This document shows, in pieces, positions 26,267 through 38,134 of a stretch of DNA of 64,000 nt. The notes under the pieces were generated by a model, which did not search any database, was not told where the DNA came from, and worked only from the letters and a program-made list of their open reading frames with translations. Source of the DNA: Pseudogymnoascus verrucosus (taxonomy: Eukaryota); NCBI GenBank assembly GCA_001662655.1, contig KV460226.1. One strand, written 5' to 3'. The position numbers and the translations under genes were made by a program. How positions within the stretch are numbered: position 1 is the stretch's first letter; each line of letters starts with the position of its first letter.

Positions 26267-28724
26267 TTATTTCAAACACCACATTTCTACCTCGCTACAA
26301 TTCTCTCTTGACTCATGTACTAAGACTTCACTGTCTCCCAAATCCATCCTCATCTCTAGATGCACGATAAAGTTCTCACCTTCTTTCTTCCATTTCACCA
26401 GCGCCACGCCCTTCGTTTGCCCAACACGAAAAGGAACCCTTGCCTCTAACTCTGCAAATAATCCAACCCTCGGTTTAAACTCAATGACTCCCCACTCTCC
26501 CTCCTTCGGTCTGATCCCAACCACCTCTACCAAAAACTCATAGATAGGCGCACTTCCCCAAGCATGACAATCTGATCTAAGGGTTACATCATCTTCCACC
26601 CACGTGGTTAGGCCCTGAGCCAATTGGTCTCTACAGGGATTCCAGAAGGCATGGAAAGAATCGTTGTACAAATTCCCTCCTGCTAGAGAAAGAGCGCGAA
26701 GGGTGTAAAAGGACATCGAGATCGAGGTTGCTGTGAAATTAGGCGAGAACAAGCTAGTGCGAAGAATATTTTGGGCTTGCTCTCCAACAGCCGCTCCGCA
26801 TATTACAGCCCAGACTTGGGAGTGTTGGCTCATATCTTCGTCTGGTTTAGACATGGACGCCAACCCATCTGTGAAAACGTCGCCGTCGAAGCAGTGCTTT
26901 TGAATAGCTTCCACTATCGAGTCGGCCCGAGAAAGATACTCAGAAGCCAGTGCAGGTCGCTCAATACCTCCTAGAAGCTTCGCCGCCCTCTTTAAGGTAT
27001 ACGCGTATAACATATTAGTGAAACTCAAATATCCAGTTCGTTCGCCAGCTGGTGGAATCCCAAACGGTCTCCACCTTGGCGTCCAGTCCACAAAATCCCA
27101 CTGTGAAGCAGATACTGCAGCGTCTAGACTCCCCACAAGTTGCACTTCCGAATCAACACGACGAGCAAAAGATTCAAAAACCCCATCGCAAGCTGGCATG
27201 AACTGTCGCACGAACGTACTGTCTCCGAAATACTCGAAGTAATCGGTAACCATGCAGATCCAATAGAGCGAGAAGTTGGGAATGATTTGGTGTTTATGTG
27301 CTGGAGCCCGGCTAGCCGTGAGTCCAGTATTTGTGTTGTACGAATTGTGCACTTGTATAATGGCTTGACGGGCTAGCCGACCGTCGTCTGAGAGCACGTA
27401 CGTAAAGAGAGCAGAACTGCGAGTGTCCATGGCGTATTGGAGCTGTTCGTAGAATGGACAGTCTTCATAGCAATCATGCATGCAATTTTCGAGGGTTCGG
27501 ATACTTGTCGTCCATAATTTTTCGGTTGGTTGATCAATATTCGGGGTTTTGAAGTCTGCCAGTACTTCAAGGGAGTAGTTGGCTGTTGTTATGTCGATGC
27601 CATTAATGACCAAATCGCAGTCCTTTGCTACTAGAATGTCTAGAGCAATGAAGCGAAGAGTCCTGAAATGGAATGGAGTAAATATCTCCTCTTCTTCAGT
27701 TCGCCCATAGAGTTGAGGCAAATCTACACTTAATTTCTTCCCACTGAAAAGATATATATCTTCTGGACCGAGCAAGGCTTTAGTGGTATCTCGTCGATCG
27801 CCTTTCTGACGAACCCATGATATCTGCTCTGGCTGGTCCTCGTAGCACTCTGGATAGGTTATCTGAAAATCAAAGTAAGTAATCGGTTATATACTGAGAT
27901 ATGGAAATAACATACTTTTAGGGTGCTGCCCGAATTTGCAGGTCTTTCGAATTTGAAATCCAAAAAGCTGTGATGTGATGCTTCGCCTCCAACTCCACGT
28001 GATGTGAAGTGCCTGCGGGAAGGCGAAGACTTGTGCCCGTAGAACTTAGCAAAGCTTTCTCCCAACTTGACTGAGATTTTCTACTTCTGATGTTATGGAC
28101 CTTTTTGAATTTCAGCGACTGATATTTAGGAGTCGGGATCATTCTTGGAGACAGCTTCCAAGGAGCACATTCTCCATTTGAAGCTGGAAAAGTCAACTTC
28201 TTTGCTATTACCCATTTGATATCAGCATCCTTTGTAGTATCAACAATCTCGTACACATGCAAAAATGCGTCCTCCTCATTATCAATTGGTAGCCGGGTTG
28301 ACAAGTCGATAGCCGTTTCCCATGCATTCCCGGTATCAACGTCTATCGCCCCTTCCCCAATACTTCGAATGAGAAGGCCAGCATATGGCAACCTAGGGAA
28401 ACTCGCCGCATAAAACGTTGCATAATACCATCGTAATACTCGCACATTAAAGTGATTCTGGCCGATGCGTAGGTATGGCTGAATATCCACTTCGTCGAAA
28501 AACCAGAGATGTTCATCTCCTTTTACTGGACCAACGGAAACGAGTCGGGAATTTATGTACAGTTTGTATTTTGTATCTGCGCTGATTTGGATCTTGACAG
28601 GATGGCTGGGAAGAGCCTCAGCCGTAAGATGGAGCGTTCTGCGAAAGTGCACAAATCCCCCAGCAGAGCACTTATCCGGCCCATCCTTCTATTCAGGATG
28701 CCAGATCCAAGGGGCTGCAGCCAT
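26267..28724 (-). pseudogene. GH78 alpha-L-rhamnosidase-like gene with a premature stop and a frameshift
   Basis: Motifs ISADTKYKLYIN, HFRTLRF, CMHDCYEDCPFYEQLQYAMD, WDFVDW, TTWVED, RSDCHAWGSAP. In-frame TAG at 28689-28691 (MAAAPWIWHPE*KDG) and a 1-nt frameshift in the A-run at 27962-27966. Confidence 0.8.
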
Positions 28725-29724
28725 CGCGAATTCAGCAATGAGAGATGGGTGGTACTGAAGTATAAATAATTGATTGCACAGACGGAAACTTGTCTATGAG
28801 AAGGGACTGAGAACGTAGATATAAATAGTTGTCGAAGAAAGGACGAAAAGATATGTCACCCCACCTTTAATCATCGATCCACGAGTGCAACCAGGTCCAC
28901 ACTAGTCACTTTAGGGTCCTAGAGTATAGTAGATGGAATGTAATGAATGTTTAGTCGACACAACTCGGTTCAGGAGATCTCATCGTCATATACCAGTGTA
29001 GTGTGTTTTCGGGAAAGTAGAGAGCGAGAAGGGGCACGAGACGAGATACAACAAAAGGTAATGATGTTTTAAGTTTCATGCTTTGATGTTTGATGTCCCG
29101 ATGTTGAAGACGAGACTCCGCGGGGACTCCGCGAGAGGTTACAGAATGTGGAGACAGCGGCACATCTATACGCGTATAGTTGTGGGCTCAGCCGCCAGCG
29201 TGAACACAAGCGCGAATACAAGCGCCAATGAAGACTCAGTATCGGACCCCAATATTGGATTTTAAGTAGGCCAGGCCTGGTAACGATCCCAACTGTTTAC
29301 TGTTATAGGTCTAGGTTCCCAAGATTTGTCTCCAACTTTCAAGCTACTTGACTTGAGAGAGCGCGGAGAGCCGGGGTTCGTCCCAGGACTCTCTCCATCC
29401 TCTCTCTCCACACTTGAGGAGCTCTATCTCTATACACAATGTAAGACACTACAATTTTTTGGGGCAATGCCATCTCCGCTATCTTCACAATCTGGGCTAG
29501 ACCACCGGGCGAAAAGGAACCGGGCTCTTCGTGAATCGTTAAATCTATGTTCTATCATATAGGGAGCCTATCCTCCTAACGAAGACGTCATGCTCATCGA
29601 CAAAGTCGTACTCGAGTCCCTTCCCTAGAACTGATCACCATCCCGTTAAGACATCGGACTCTGGTGGTGCAACCCGACGATCGGATACAACAATTCAACC
29701 CTCTAACTGTATCCTTCGGTAGCA

Positions 29725-31472
29725 ATGCATGCTCCTAAATCCAGCTCGGTGGCTCTGGTCATGCCAGCGAGCAGCCTTGACACGGAACACTGGTGGAGGC
29801 ACAAGAATCTGCGCACGCTCAACCTCCTCCTCGTTTTCCCACTACTCTCTATCTTCACTTAAGGGTAAGCTAGCTATCCCACTTCCTTCCCTAGATGCGA
29901 AGATTTACACGATGGGAAGCTTCGATGGATCAATGATGAATGGTCTGCAGGCCGTTGAATCCTGGAAACTCTATTTTGGAAACCCAAAGGGGTTGACCTT
30001 AGGCTTGTTCAATACCGCCTACCCTATCGGTGGCCTATGCGCAATTCCATTTATCTCTTTCGTGAGCGATGGATATGGCCGCCGCGCTGGTCTTGCACTT
30101 GGGGCAACTCTCTGCTGTATTGGAGCAGCCCTTCAATCTGGTGCCGCGAACCTGCCAATGTTTGTCGTGGCGCGAGGTGTTCTTGGGTATGTCTTTCTCT
30201 TGTATTCCAAGCAGGGCAGCACTAACTAAATCTTCTCACAGCTGTGGTACTGTCTTCCTTGGCTCCTCCGGTGCCCCCTTAATCACCGAGATCGCCCATT
30301 CACACCACAGAGCAACCGCAACGGCGCTCTTCAACACATCATACGCGCTCGGTTCCATTATCGCGGCTTGGACTACATTTGGGACATTCCGCATCGTTGG
30401 GAGTGCAGCGTGGCGTATCCCTTCCGCCCTTCAGGGTCTCCCATCCGTAATCCAGCTTCTTGGCCTATGGTGGGTTCCTGAGAGTCCGCGTTGGTTGATC
30501 TCCAAGGACCGCAGTGAAGAGGCGCTCGAATTCTTTGTCAAATACCATGCCGAAGGAGACGAGAACGATCTCCTAGTGCAATTCGAATACGCCGAAATCC
30601 AGAGTGCTCTTGCCTATGAGAGAAGCATTGATCGGGGAAGTGCAATCAAAAACTACCTTGAATTCGTCAAGACACCAGGGAACCGATAGAGATTGTTTAT
30701 TCTGCTGTGGTGCGGATGTATCACTCAGTTGTCAGGAAATGCATTCATCTCATAGTAAGTACATTCTGCGACTCAGCGAAATATTCAAAAATTCATTTAC
30801 TACCTACCATTGCAATTACTGACAACACTTTCCAGTTACCTCTCCCCAGTTCTCACCTCTGTTGGCCTCACCACCTCTCTCGAACAAACTCTAATCAACG
30901 CGACCCAACAAATGCTGTCCTGGGTCTCAGCTCTATACTTCGCCACCCTTCCTGGCAAAGTCGGCCGCCGCGTTCTCTACCTCTCTTCCCTCTCCTGCAT
31001 CTTCCTCTGTCTCGTCTGCATCACCGCCGGTTCAGCCGTCTTTGCCTCAAACCCGAACAACAAAGCCGCTGACAGCGCCGTAGTCGCCTTCCTCTACCTC
31101 TTCTCCCCCGCCTACAACCTCGGCCTTAACGGCAACAACGGGCTCTACATCACCGAAATCCTGCCTTTCAGCTTACGCATGCGTGGCCGGGATTGCTACC
31201 ATCTCTTCTCGACCTGCTTTACCCTCCTCACGACCTACGCGTTTTCGGTCGGCCTCCAGAACTTAGCGTGGAAGTTCTACCTCATCTGGGTCCCGTGGGT
31301 TCTCGTGGAGATCTTTGTTGTTTGGCTTGCATTCCCTGAGACGAAGGGGCCATCCCTCGAGGAGATTGCTATCATTTTCGATGGTCTACAGGCAGGAGGG
31401 TTAGATACAGAGAAGTTGGAGGTGGAGATCGAGCAAGAAGAGGTAAAAAAAACCGTAGACGTTGCAAAATGA
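29725..31472 (+). pseudogene. Sugar porter (lactose permease-like) with two in-frame stops
   Basis: ATG 29725 gives ...WWRHKNLRTLNLLL...SIFT*G/FDGSMMNGLQ (TAA 29860-29862) and TPGNR*RLFILLW (TAG 30687-30689). Otherwise the motifs are complete: GYGRR, PESPRWL, FPETKGPSLEEI. Confidence 0.82.
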
Positions 31473-31894
31473 GTGTGTTGGTAGTTGGCTAGGAGTGGTA
31501 CTAGTAGACGAATAGTTCAGTGATGAATGTTAGTGTTAGTGATTAGCACACAACTGGGGTTTGTTGCGCGTTTCCCAAATATCCGTACGAATACCAGATA
31601 AAAAAGTGCATCCTTCATCAATCTCCATGTTATGCGTTACCTTTTCAAAGCTATTAGCGTCTCCGTGCCTAGATACATCCACAAACGCAGCCCCATTTAT
31701 ATTATCTCCCGCTAAAGATCTCTGACCTCACCTAGATCTAGCTGTCGGCTTTTGATTTAGCTTCCATTTTACAATCTCATACTGGCTGGCACTCACTAGA
31801 CGTTGAGATCGATGCTTTAAGGCTGATCGCTCCCACAACGGCTTAGTTAGCTTAAAATCAGGACACTAGAACTAATTGCTACTATGACGGGTTA

Positions 31895-32060
31895 GTCATG
31901 GTATATAGAGGATTTATTATCTTACGTTTATAAGTCGGATGATTTTGATTTATCATCTTATAGGATTTTTATAAACCGCATTATATTAATTTATTTCATT
32001 TATCATTAATATTTTTTAAAGTCGCATAGGAATAGAAGGCTAAAAAATCCCATTTGCTAT
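31895..32060. other. Very AT-rich, TpA-rich patch (possible RIP-degraded relic) at the accessory/core junction
   Basis: For example ttatattaatttatttcatttatcattaatattttttaaa. No ORF. Judged by eye. Confidence 0.4.
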
Positions 32061-32491
32061 CTATCGTTATCATCTTTGCCCATTCCTCTATCATAAAGAG
32101 CATAACGGCGACAAAATAGGAAAGAAAACATCAACGACAACTATATATCCTCCTTCATTGCCTATAGCCTCCCTCTTAAAAAAACACGAAAGGGATCATG
32201 AGACGACGCTTTAGCACATCCATATAAGCGGCATCGAAAAAACGAGAATTACCATTAATATTTTCATAGAAGGCAAAAAACAAAACAAAAAAAAAATGAG
32301 GCAGCTTGATGGTAACGAACCTAGCCTCCTGTACATAGGCGTAGAGGCAGACAGGTCATGGGGTGTTCCGATCTAGTTCCCTCCATTTCAATCCTCCTGC
32401 TTGTAGCTGATAACAGTAGTAGTGCAAGCACGAGGCGCGAAGGAAGTTTGGGACGTGGTAAAGCTCACATAGAGCAGCAGCACCAAAGTGT

Positions 32492-34162
32492 CTACACTTC
32501 ATCGTCGCTATCCAATGGGTTATGCTCGGGTCTCTTTGTCGGAGGAGCGTGAGCCGCAAAATCTACTGGGCCGTATGCTTCAAACTTGTAGTCCGTCGTA
32601 TCCGCCTTCGGGGCTCTCTAGTGTCGGATGTTAGTTTTTTGTAAAATAGTTGGGTGTTGTGGATAGCGGAGATGGGGAGAGGGGTATGAGGTTCTGTGAC
32701 CAAAAAGAAAGAACAGGGAAGAGTGACGGTGAAGGGATAGGTACTCACAGGCTTGAACCACGGGCTTCCGCTATCCCTTTGTGGCGTAGTAAGACCAGGG
32801 CGTCCATACGTACCACTCGCGACATTCTGTTCGAGTGCCGTCACGGACGCCGCGGGGGTCGCCCAAGTTGAGCTGGCAGTGCTCGGAGCAACAGCAGTCT
32901 GGAGGTGCGCAGTTCCGGTGTTATCATATCCTGTGAAAGGTGTGCTTGCCTTTTTGTTGTTCTTTGTGGGCACAGCCATCCAACAATCTTCTTTGAGGGG
33001 CGACAGCGTGGTAGATGGAACAGGAACATCATTGCCCCTGGGAATTTTCTTCGTGGGCGTTTTCTGCGCAGGGATCGTTCTCATATCGCCAGGAGGGGTA
33101 TCGGCAACCGAATCTGAATGAGCAGAAGATGAGACAGCAGCAGGACCACCGGCATTAACCTTGCCGGCCTTGCCACCACGACCGGCAAATGGATCAAATT
33201 GGGCAAATATATCAGTAGCAGCGGAGACAGGGCTGTTGGAGCGGCTGCCATAAGGATTGCTTGGTGTAGACTCAGTGTGGATATCGTCGCCGTGGTACGT
33301 CATCCTAGTTGGAGCCATAAATCCGTCAGGGGCAGAAGGAAGGCCACTCTCGACCACGGAAGGTCTTGTGGTAGTGCGCCCAGCGGAGTCATTGGTGGTG
33401 GCGACGCCGACCGTGTTGTTATTGGCAAGCGTCGTGCGCCAGACAGAGGAACTCTAGGGGAGGGAAGTTAGTTGGGGTTGATGAGGATTGGGAGGGGAGG
33501 GCGACATACCCCATCACCGCCATGAGCCTGGGCCGTGGAGGTCACCAGCACAGAGAGCGCGCCCGGGTTCGGGTTGTTTGGGGCAGCAGCGAGGGTGGTG
33601 TCGGGATGCAGCGCCATGCTGGGGCCCGGGAGGGTTTCCGTGCCAGGCTCATTCGTTTCCTGCCAGTTTATGCACGCCTTACAGCGCTGCTGCAGGTTAG
33701 TGTTGCATTGTGAGAGGGGCTTGCCTGTGTCGGGATACTTACAGCTGACAGAGCGGCAGTGCGCTGATTATAGGAGAAATCGTCCTTTGATTTGGTAATG
33801 TTGCAGTACTGGCAAAGAAGCTCGAAAACATTTTCACCAGAGCAGTGCCTGCAGCGTAAATTTGCATTGAAGCCGGTAACTGCCCTCCCCATTGCAATCC
33901 GAGAAGTGTACGTCTTTAGCTCCTTCTTGGAAAAATGATCGTTTGTACCCGACTTCACCTTGCTGCAGATACGGCACTTGAACCTGGGAAAGCGGTTAAA
34001 TCGGTGGTGTTTTGAAGGGGAGTAAAAGAAAACTTACGTTGCCGGCAAGTCAATACCTTTCTCCTTGAGGCTGGATTGGTTATTTGTTAGTACCTGCTCT
34101 GTTGTGGGTTGTGATAGAGGGAGAGTGATAGCTTACTTCTCGTTCCACTGGAAGGCCGACAT
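32492..34162 (-). CDS. Stc1-domain zinc-binding protein with low-complexity C-terminal tail
   Basis: Spliced model: MSAFQWNE..FKCRICSKVKS..FSKKEL..CRHCSGENVFELLCQYCNITKSKDDFSYNQR../QRCKAC.., which fits the tandem CxxC..K..FS..Q Stc1 pattern. Ends ..PLDSDDEV* at 32492. Confidence 0.7.
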
Positions 34163-35160
34163 CCTGATCTGATCTCAGTTGTTCAAGATGGGAAGGGTTT
34201 TAAGGGATTGGTTCACTTGCTTGATTGTTAGCTTAAAACGTAGCATATACTGAAGTGTAAAGTAACTGACCTTGTTCTGATTTCTGATGAAAAAAGTTCC
34301 CAGGCGCGGCGACGACGGTGGTCCAGGCTACTCTGAGGTTAGCAGGAAGTAAACCCAGTGAATTTGTAAAACATGTAAAACATTGAAATGAATATGAAAG
34401 GAAATATTTGGAAAACAGTAAGATCGGTCAGGTGAACCTTGTTATGGTATCAAACTCCTCTGAGAAAGTTCATAACGACGCGTTTAACTTGGCCTTTGTT
34501 AGGAAAGAAAAAAGGAACTTACATACTTTGTGGTTGATGTAAGGAGGTGTGTGAGAGTGCTGCAGATGCTTGACCCCTATTGCTTTGTTAACGGGGAGGT
34601 TGCAGTGAGGTAGAGTACAATAGAGGATGAAAAGTATAATGGAGGAAGAGTGTGGAGGGAGATGAAGAATGTGGTGGAGGAAGAAGATAGCTGCAAAATA
34701 GAGACACTTGTGGGGCAGGACAGAAAATCAAGGACAGATGTAGGTGGGCAAAGCCCTTTGGAAACATTAACGGCCTTAGGCAACAGACAGTCATGGCGCA
34801 AAGCGTCCAGAATTCAGACGCTTAATGACAAGGTAGCAATCTCAGATTATGCAAGAGGTGCTCAAGTCAACATCTTGCCATAGTCGCTGTCTCTCTAGGA
34901 CAAGAGACGGAGATGAAGAACAGAAACGTATTTGCTTCTCTAGTGAAAAGCATCTAAGCACAAAATAAGACAGAGAGAGAATATGCAGGGTAAAGGCATA
35001 AAAACAAAGTAAGGCAAAAAGAGTATATGGGCTGTCGAACTCATATAGAAACTATTCTGTGTTTTGATATATATGAAATAAACTTACTTTCAACTCAGAT
35101 ATTGACCTGTTACAGGAACAGAAGAAGGTGAGCAGGTCATATGCCAAGGTAAGCCCGCCT

Positions 35161-35210
35161 TGCTGCTGCTGTTGTTGTTGCTGTTGTTGTTGGTGGTGTT
35201 GATGATGTTG
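35161..35210. repeat. Trinucleotide microsatellite (TGC/TGT/TGG)n
   Basis: tgctgctgctgttgttgttgctgttgttgttggtggtgttgatgatgttg. Confidence 0.8.
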
Positions 35211-35299
35211 GGGTCGTGTTGTTATCTTTATAGCCCCAACTCTTGTGTTGTTGCAGGACCACCACCACACCACCGGTCCAACCACGACGTCACAATTGC

Positions 35300-36420
35300 A
35301 CAGGAAGGAACAACCAAACGACCCTCACCAGAAGAACAGCTATTCGAGGACGAAGGAGCGACTCGAGAAGGGACAGATAAGTGAGGACAGATAAGTGAGG
35401 TAAGAACCGCTGCCTTCCAAAGCAAAGACGACCTTGGGAAGGAACGACCGTCCCTGAACAGAACAACTCCCTTATGAAGCAATGGCTGCAGGAACGACCG
35501 CCCAAGTAATGCCGAAGGAAAGAACGACTCCCATCGGAAAAAAATGACTGCCTAAGGAAAGAATGACTTGCCAATCGAAAAAAACAACCACCCAAGGGAA
35601 GAACGGCAGGAGTAGGAAAGAGCCAACGCGTTACGACGCAACATATTCTTCAGGAAGGAACGGCTGCCTTAGAAGGCCCAACGAAAGAACGACTGCACTG
35701 TAACGAAATGGCAGCACTGGGAAGGAACGGATGCTATATATATCAACGACTGCCACGAGAACGAAAGACACCGGGAAGGAACGATTGTCATAGGAAGCCA
35801 CGATTGTCAAGGAAGGAACGACGCCATTACAAATCAACAACTGCCCTGCGAATAACTACTGTTGAGGGAGGTACGACTCTATAAAAGCACGACTACAACT
35901 GCTTTATAAAAGAACATCCGCGTGGGAAGGAACGGCCGGCATAGGAAAGAACGATTGCCTCACAATGGAACGACTGCCCGTCCTACAAAGCAACCACGTC
36001 CTCACAGGTCAATACAGTACACAGAACAGCCGACTGCGAAGAAGTGGCTGGCTGTGCTCTGAACAATGGACGTACGAATGGCTGACCTACAGATGACAGA
36101 CCTACAACGACTGTTTGTAATATGAAGAGCAAGTGCCTTTAGAAGGAAGGAACGAGTGCGATACAAAACACAACTTCCTCGGAAGGAACGGCTGCCGAAT
36201 CTAAATAGCAAACGCCCTCCGAAGGAACGGCCGCCATATATACCCACCGCTCGATTCGGAAGGAACGAGCGCCATAACAATAACAACAACAGCTCCCATC
36301 GGAAGGAACGACTAGCGTACGAAACACAACCGCCTTGTATGGAAGGAACGACTGCTATATAAACAACAACAACAACAAATGCCCTCGGAAGGAACGACTG
36401 TCATACAAGCAACTGCCAAT
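35300..36420. repeat. Degenerate minisatellite-like array with core GGAAGGAACG(A/G)CTGC
   Basis: Near-consensus cores at about 35303, 35437, 35653, 35720, 35774, 35811, 35925, 36144, 36181, 36220, 36258, 36301, 36341 and 36387, with many degenerate copies between them. Period is ~19-20 bp in the left block and ~38-46 bp in the right block. Confidence 0.85.
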
Positions 36421-38099
36421 TGTGCACAATGTCTTGACTTGCAAATCGACCTGCGAACAAACGATGGCTTACCTAAGCAACGTGTGTCTAGACCAACACA
36501 CCCTACGGAGTATAGTACCACCGCCATGCCGCAGTGCCACGCCATGCGACCAACCATTCCACTATGAATCCCGCCCACAATGCGATCACTTCCCAACCAT
36601 GGCAAAAACAACTTCTATCACAAACTTACAGACCCCTACAGAAAAACGACAGACTCACCTGCAAACCACCATTCGCACGCATTCAAACCGACAAGTTACA
36701 GGTCGCATCTCGCCGCACGCACACATCCTCCTCGCCCCGTCCTCCCCTACCGGCCATCCGCCAGACCCAGCTAGCCTCATTAGTCGACGACGCGCCGCAA
36801 CGCGACCAGCGGGCAAGGGTCCAATCCGCGGCGAGCTATGTGGATCCCGCGACTTCCACACTCGGCGTTGGTAGGTCGCATGTCAGACCCCTCTCCACCC
36901 GACTCCCGGCCTCCAGACTTTCATGGCACGGTACGGTAGTACGGACGGAGCCACACCACGGCGCATTCTACGCGGGCCACTTTTAGTGTGGTGCGGCGTG
37001 CTGGATGGAAGCGGTCGAGGGGGGCGCGATCAGGTCATCCCCGCAAGTGGGAAGGGGGTCCCACGACGGACGGGCGGCCGGTTTGTCGTGGTGCTCTCTT
37101 AATTCAGGGGTAGCCGTAATGTGCTGGATCCGTAATTTTATGATGGGGGCATGGGACATGGGGAGGGGCAAATTGGCAAGGAACAGGGGGGGTTGGGGGA
37201 AGTGATTCCCAGCGAGCTGCAGGTGTGTGGCTTGGGTGGGTGCGTGTGCTGGTTTCTTGAACTTTTTTTCCTTCTTTTCGGGGGTGTGTGTTCCTTCTGC
37301 CGCGATGGTTGATCTGCTCTGGCTATTTTTCCGTCGTGATGGGATAGGGATGGGGTGATGTACCTGAGGCGTGGTGCTGTGGTACAAGCACTGCGGGCTG
37401 CTACTACTACTCGTGTGGTAACGCATGATGCCTGCGCCTCTCCTTATTTCTGTTCCTTGTACCTTATAATTGCGGTGGATCAGTGGCAACAGAACAGGGT
37501 CTTTTGTGAGTGAGTACTGTACAACGTGCTCGCTCGTCTGATTCAGGCTGGGTTCACACACCACACTGAGACCACACCACATCGCATCGCACAATAGGAT
37601 TCAGTTGGATCATTCGCAAGGGGGAAAAGTTGAGGTGAAGAAAGATACATTCTGCCACACGACTCGGTACTTTCTGGTTTGAAATGCATACTGCAAACTG
37701 CCGTCGCCGCTCGGAGCCCCGGAATGTGCCACGACTGTCTGCTTATGTATCTCAACGTGTACAGCTGCATGCTGCTGCATGTACTAAGCAGTGCATATCT
37801 GGTATGTAGAGTCTGTCTCTCCATCTCTGCATCTCTGCATGTACATCACTCTGCCAGTCAGGTACGCGGTGTGCGATGGATGTGCGGTGTGCGTGAGAAT
37901 CCCATACTAACCATACTACCCATACTACCCATAGAGTACCTTTTTCTAACTCATACTAGCACTCCTTTGGTGTGACTGCGCATTTTGGACTGTCTGTAAC
38001 TCTACTAACTCTACTCTACTATCCTAACTCTACTAACTAGCTCTACCAACTATCCCCGACTGAGTACTCGACTGAACACAACTTTCGTCTCCCGGGTCG

Positions 38100-38134
38100 C
38101 TCCCAAGTCTCCCAAGTCTCCCAAGTCTCCCAAG
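38100..38134. repeat. Short tandem repeat (CTCCCAAGT)x~4
   Basis: ctcccaagtctcccaagtctcccaagtctcccaag. Confidence 0.85.

Noticed and set aside
36144..36410. CRISPR array
   Set aside because: The core is only ~12-15 bp and imperfect, the spacers resemble each other and degenerate monomers, there are no cas genes, and the context is eukaryotic.
35052..37594. ORFs across the repeat array and polyQ tract (for example 36335-36874, 36983-37594)
   Set aside because: They are low-complexity translations of repeats, and repeat spacing is not a consistent multiple of three.
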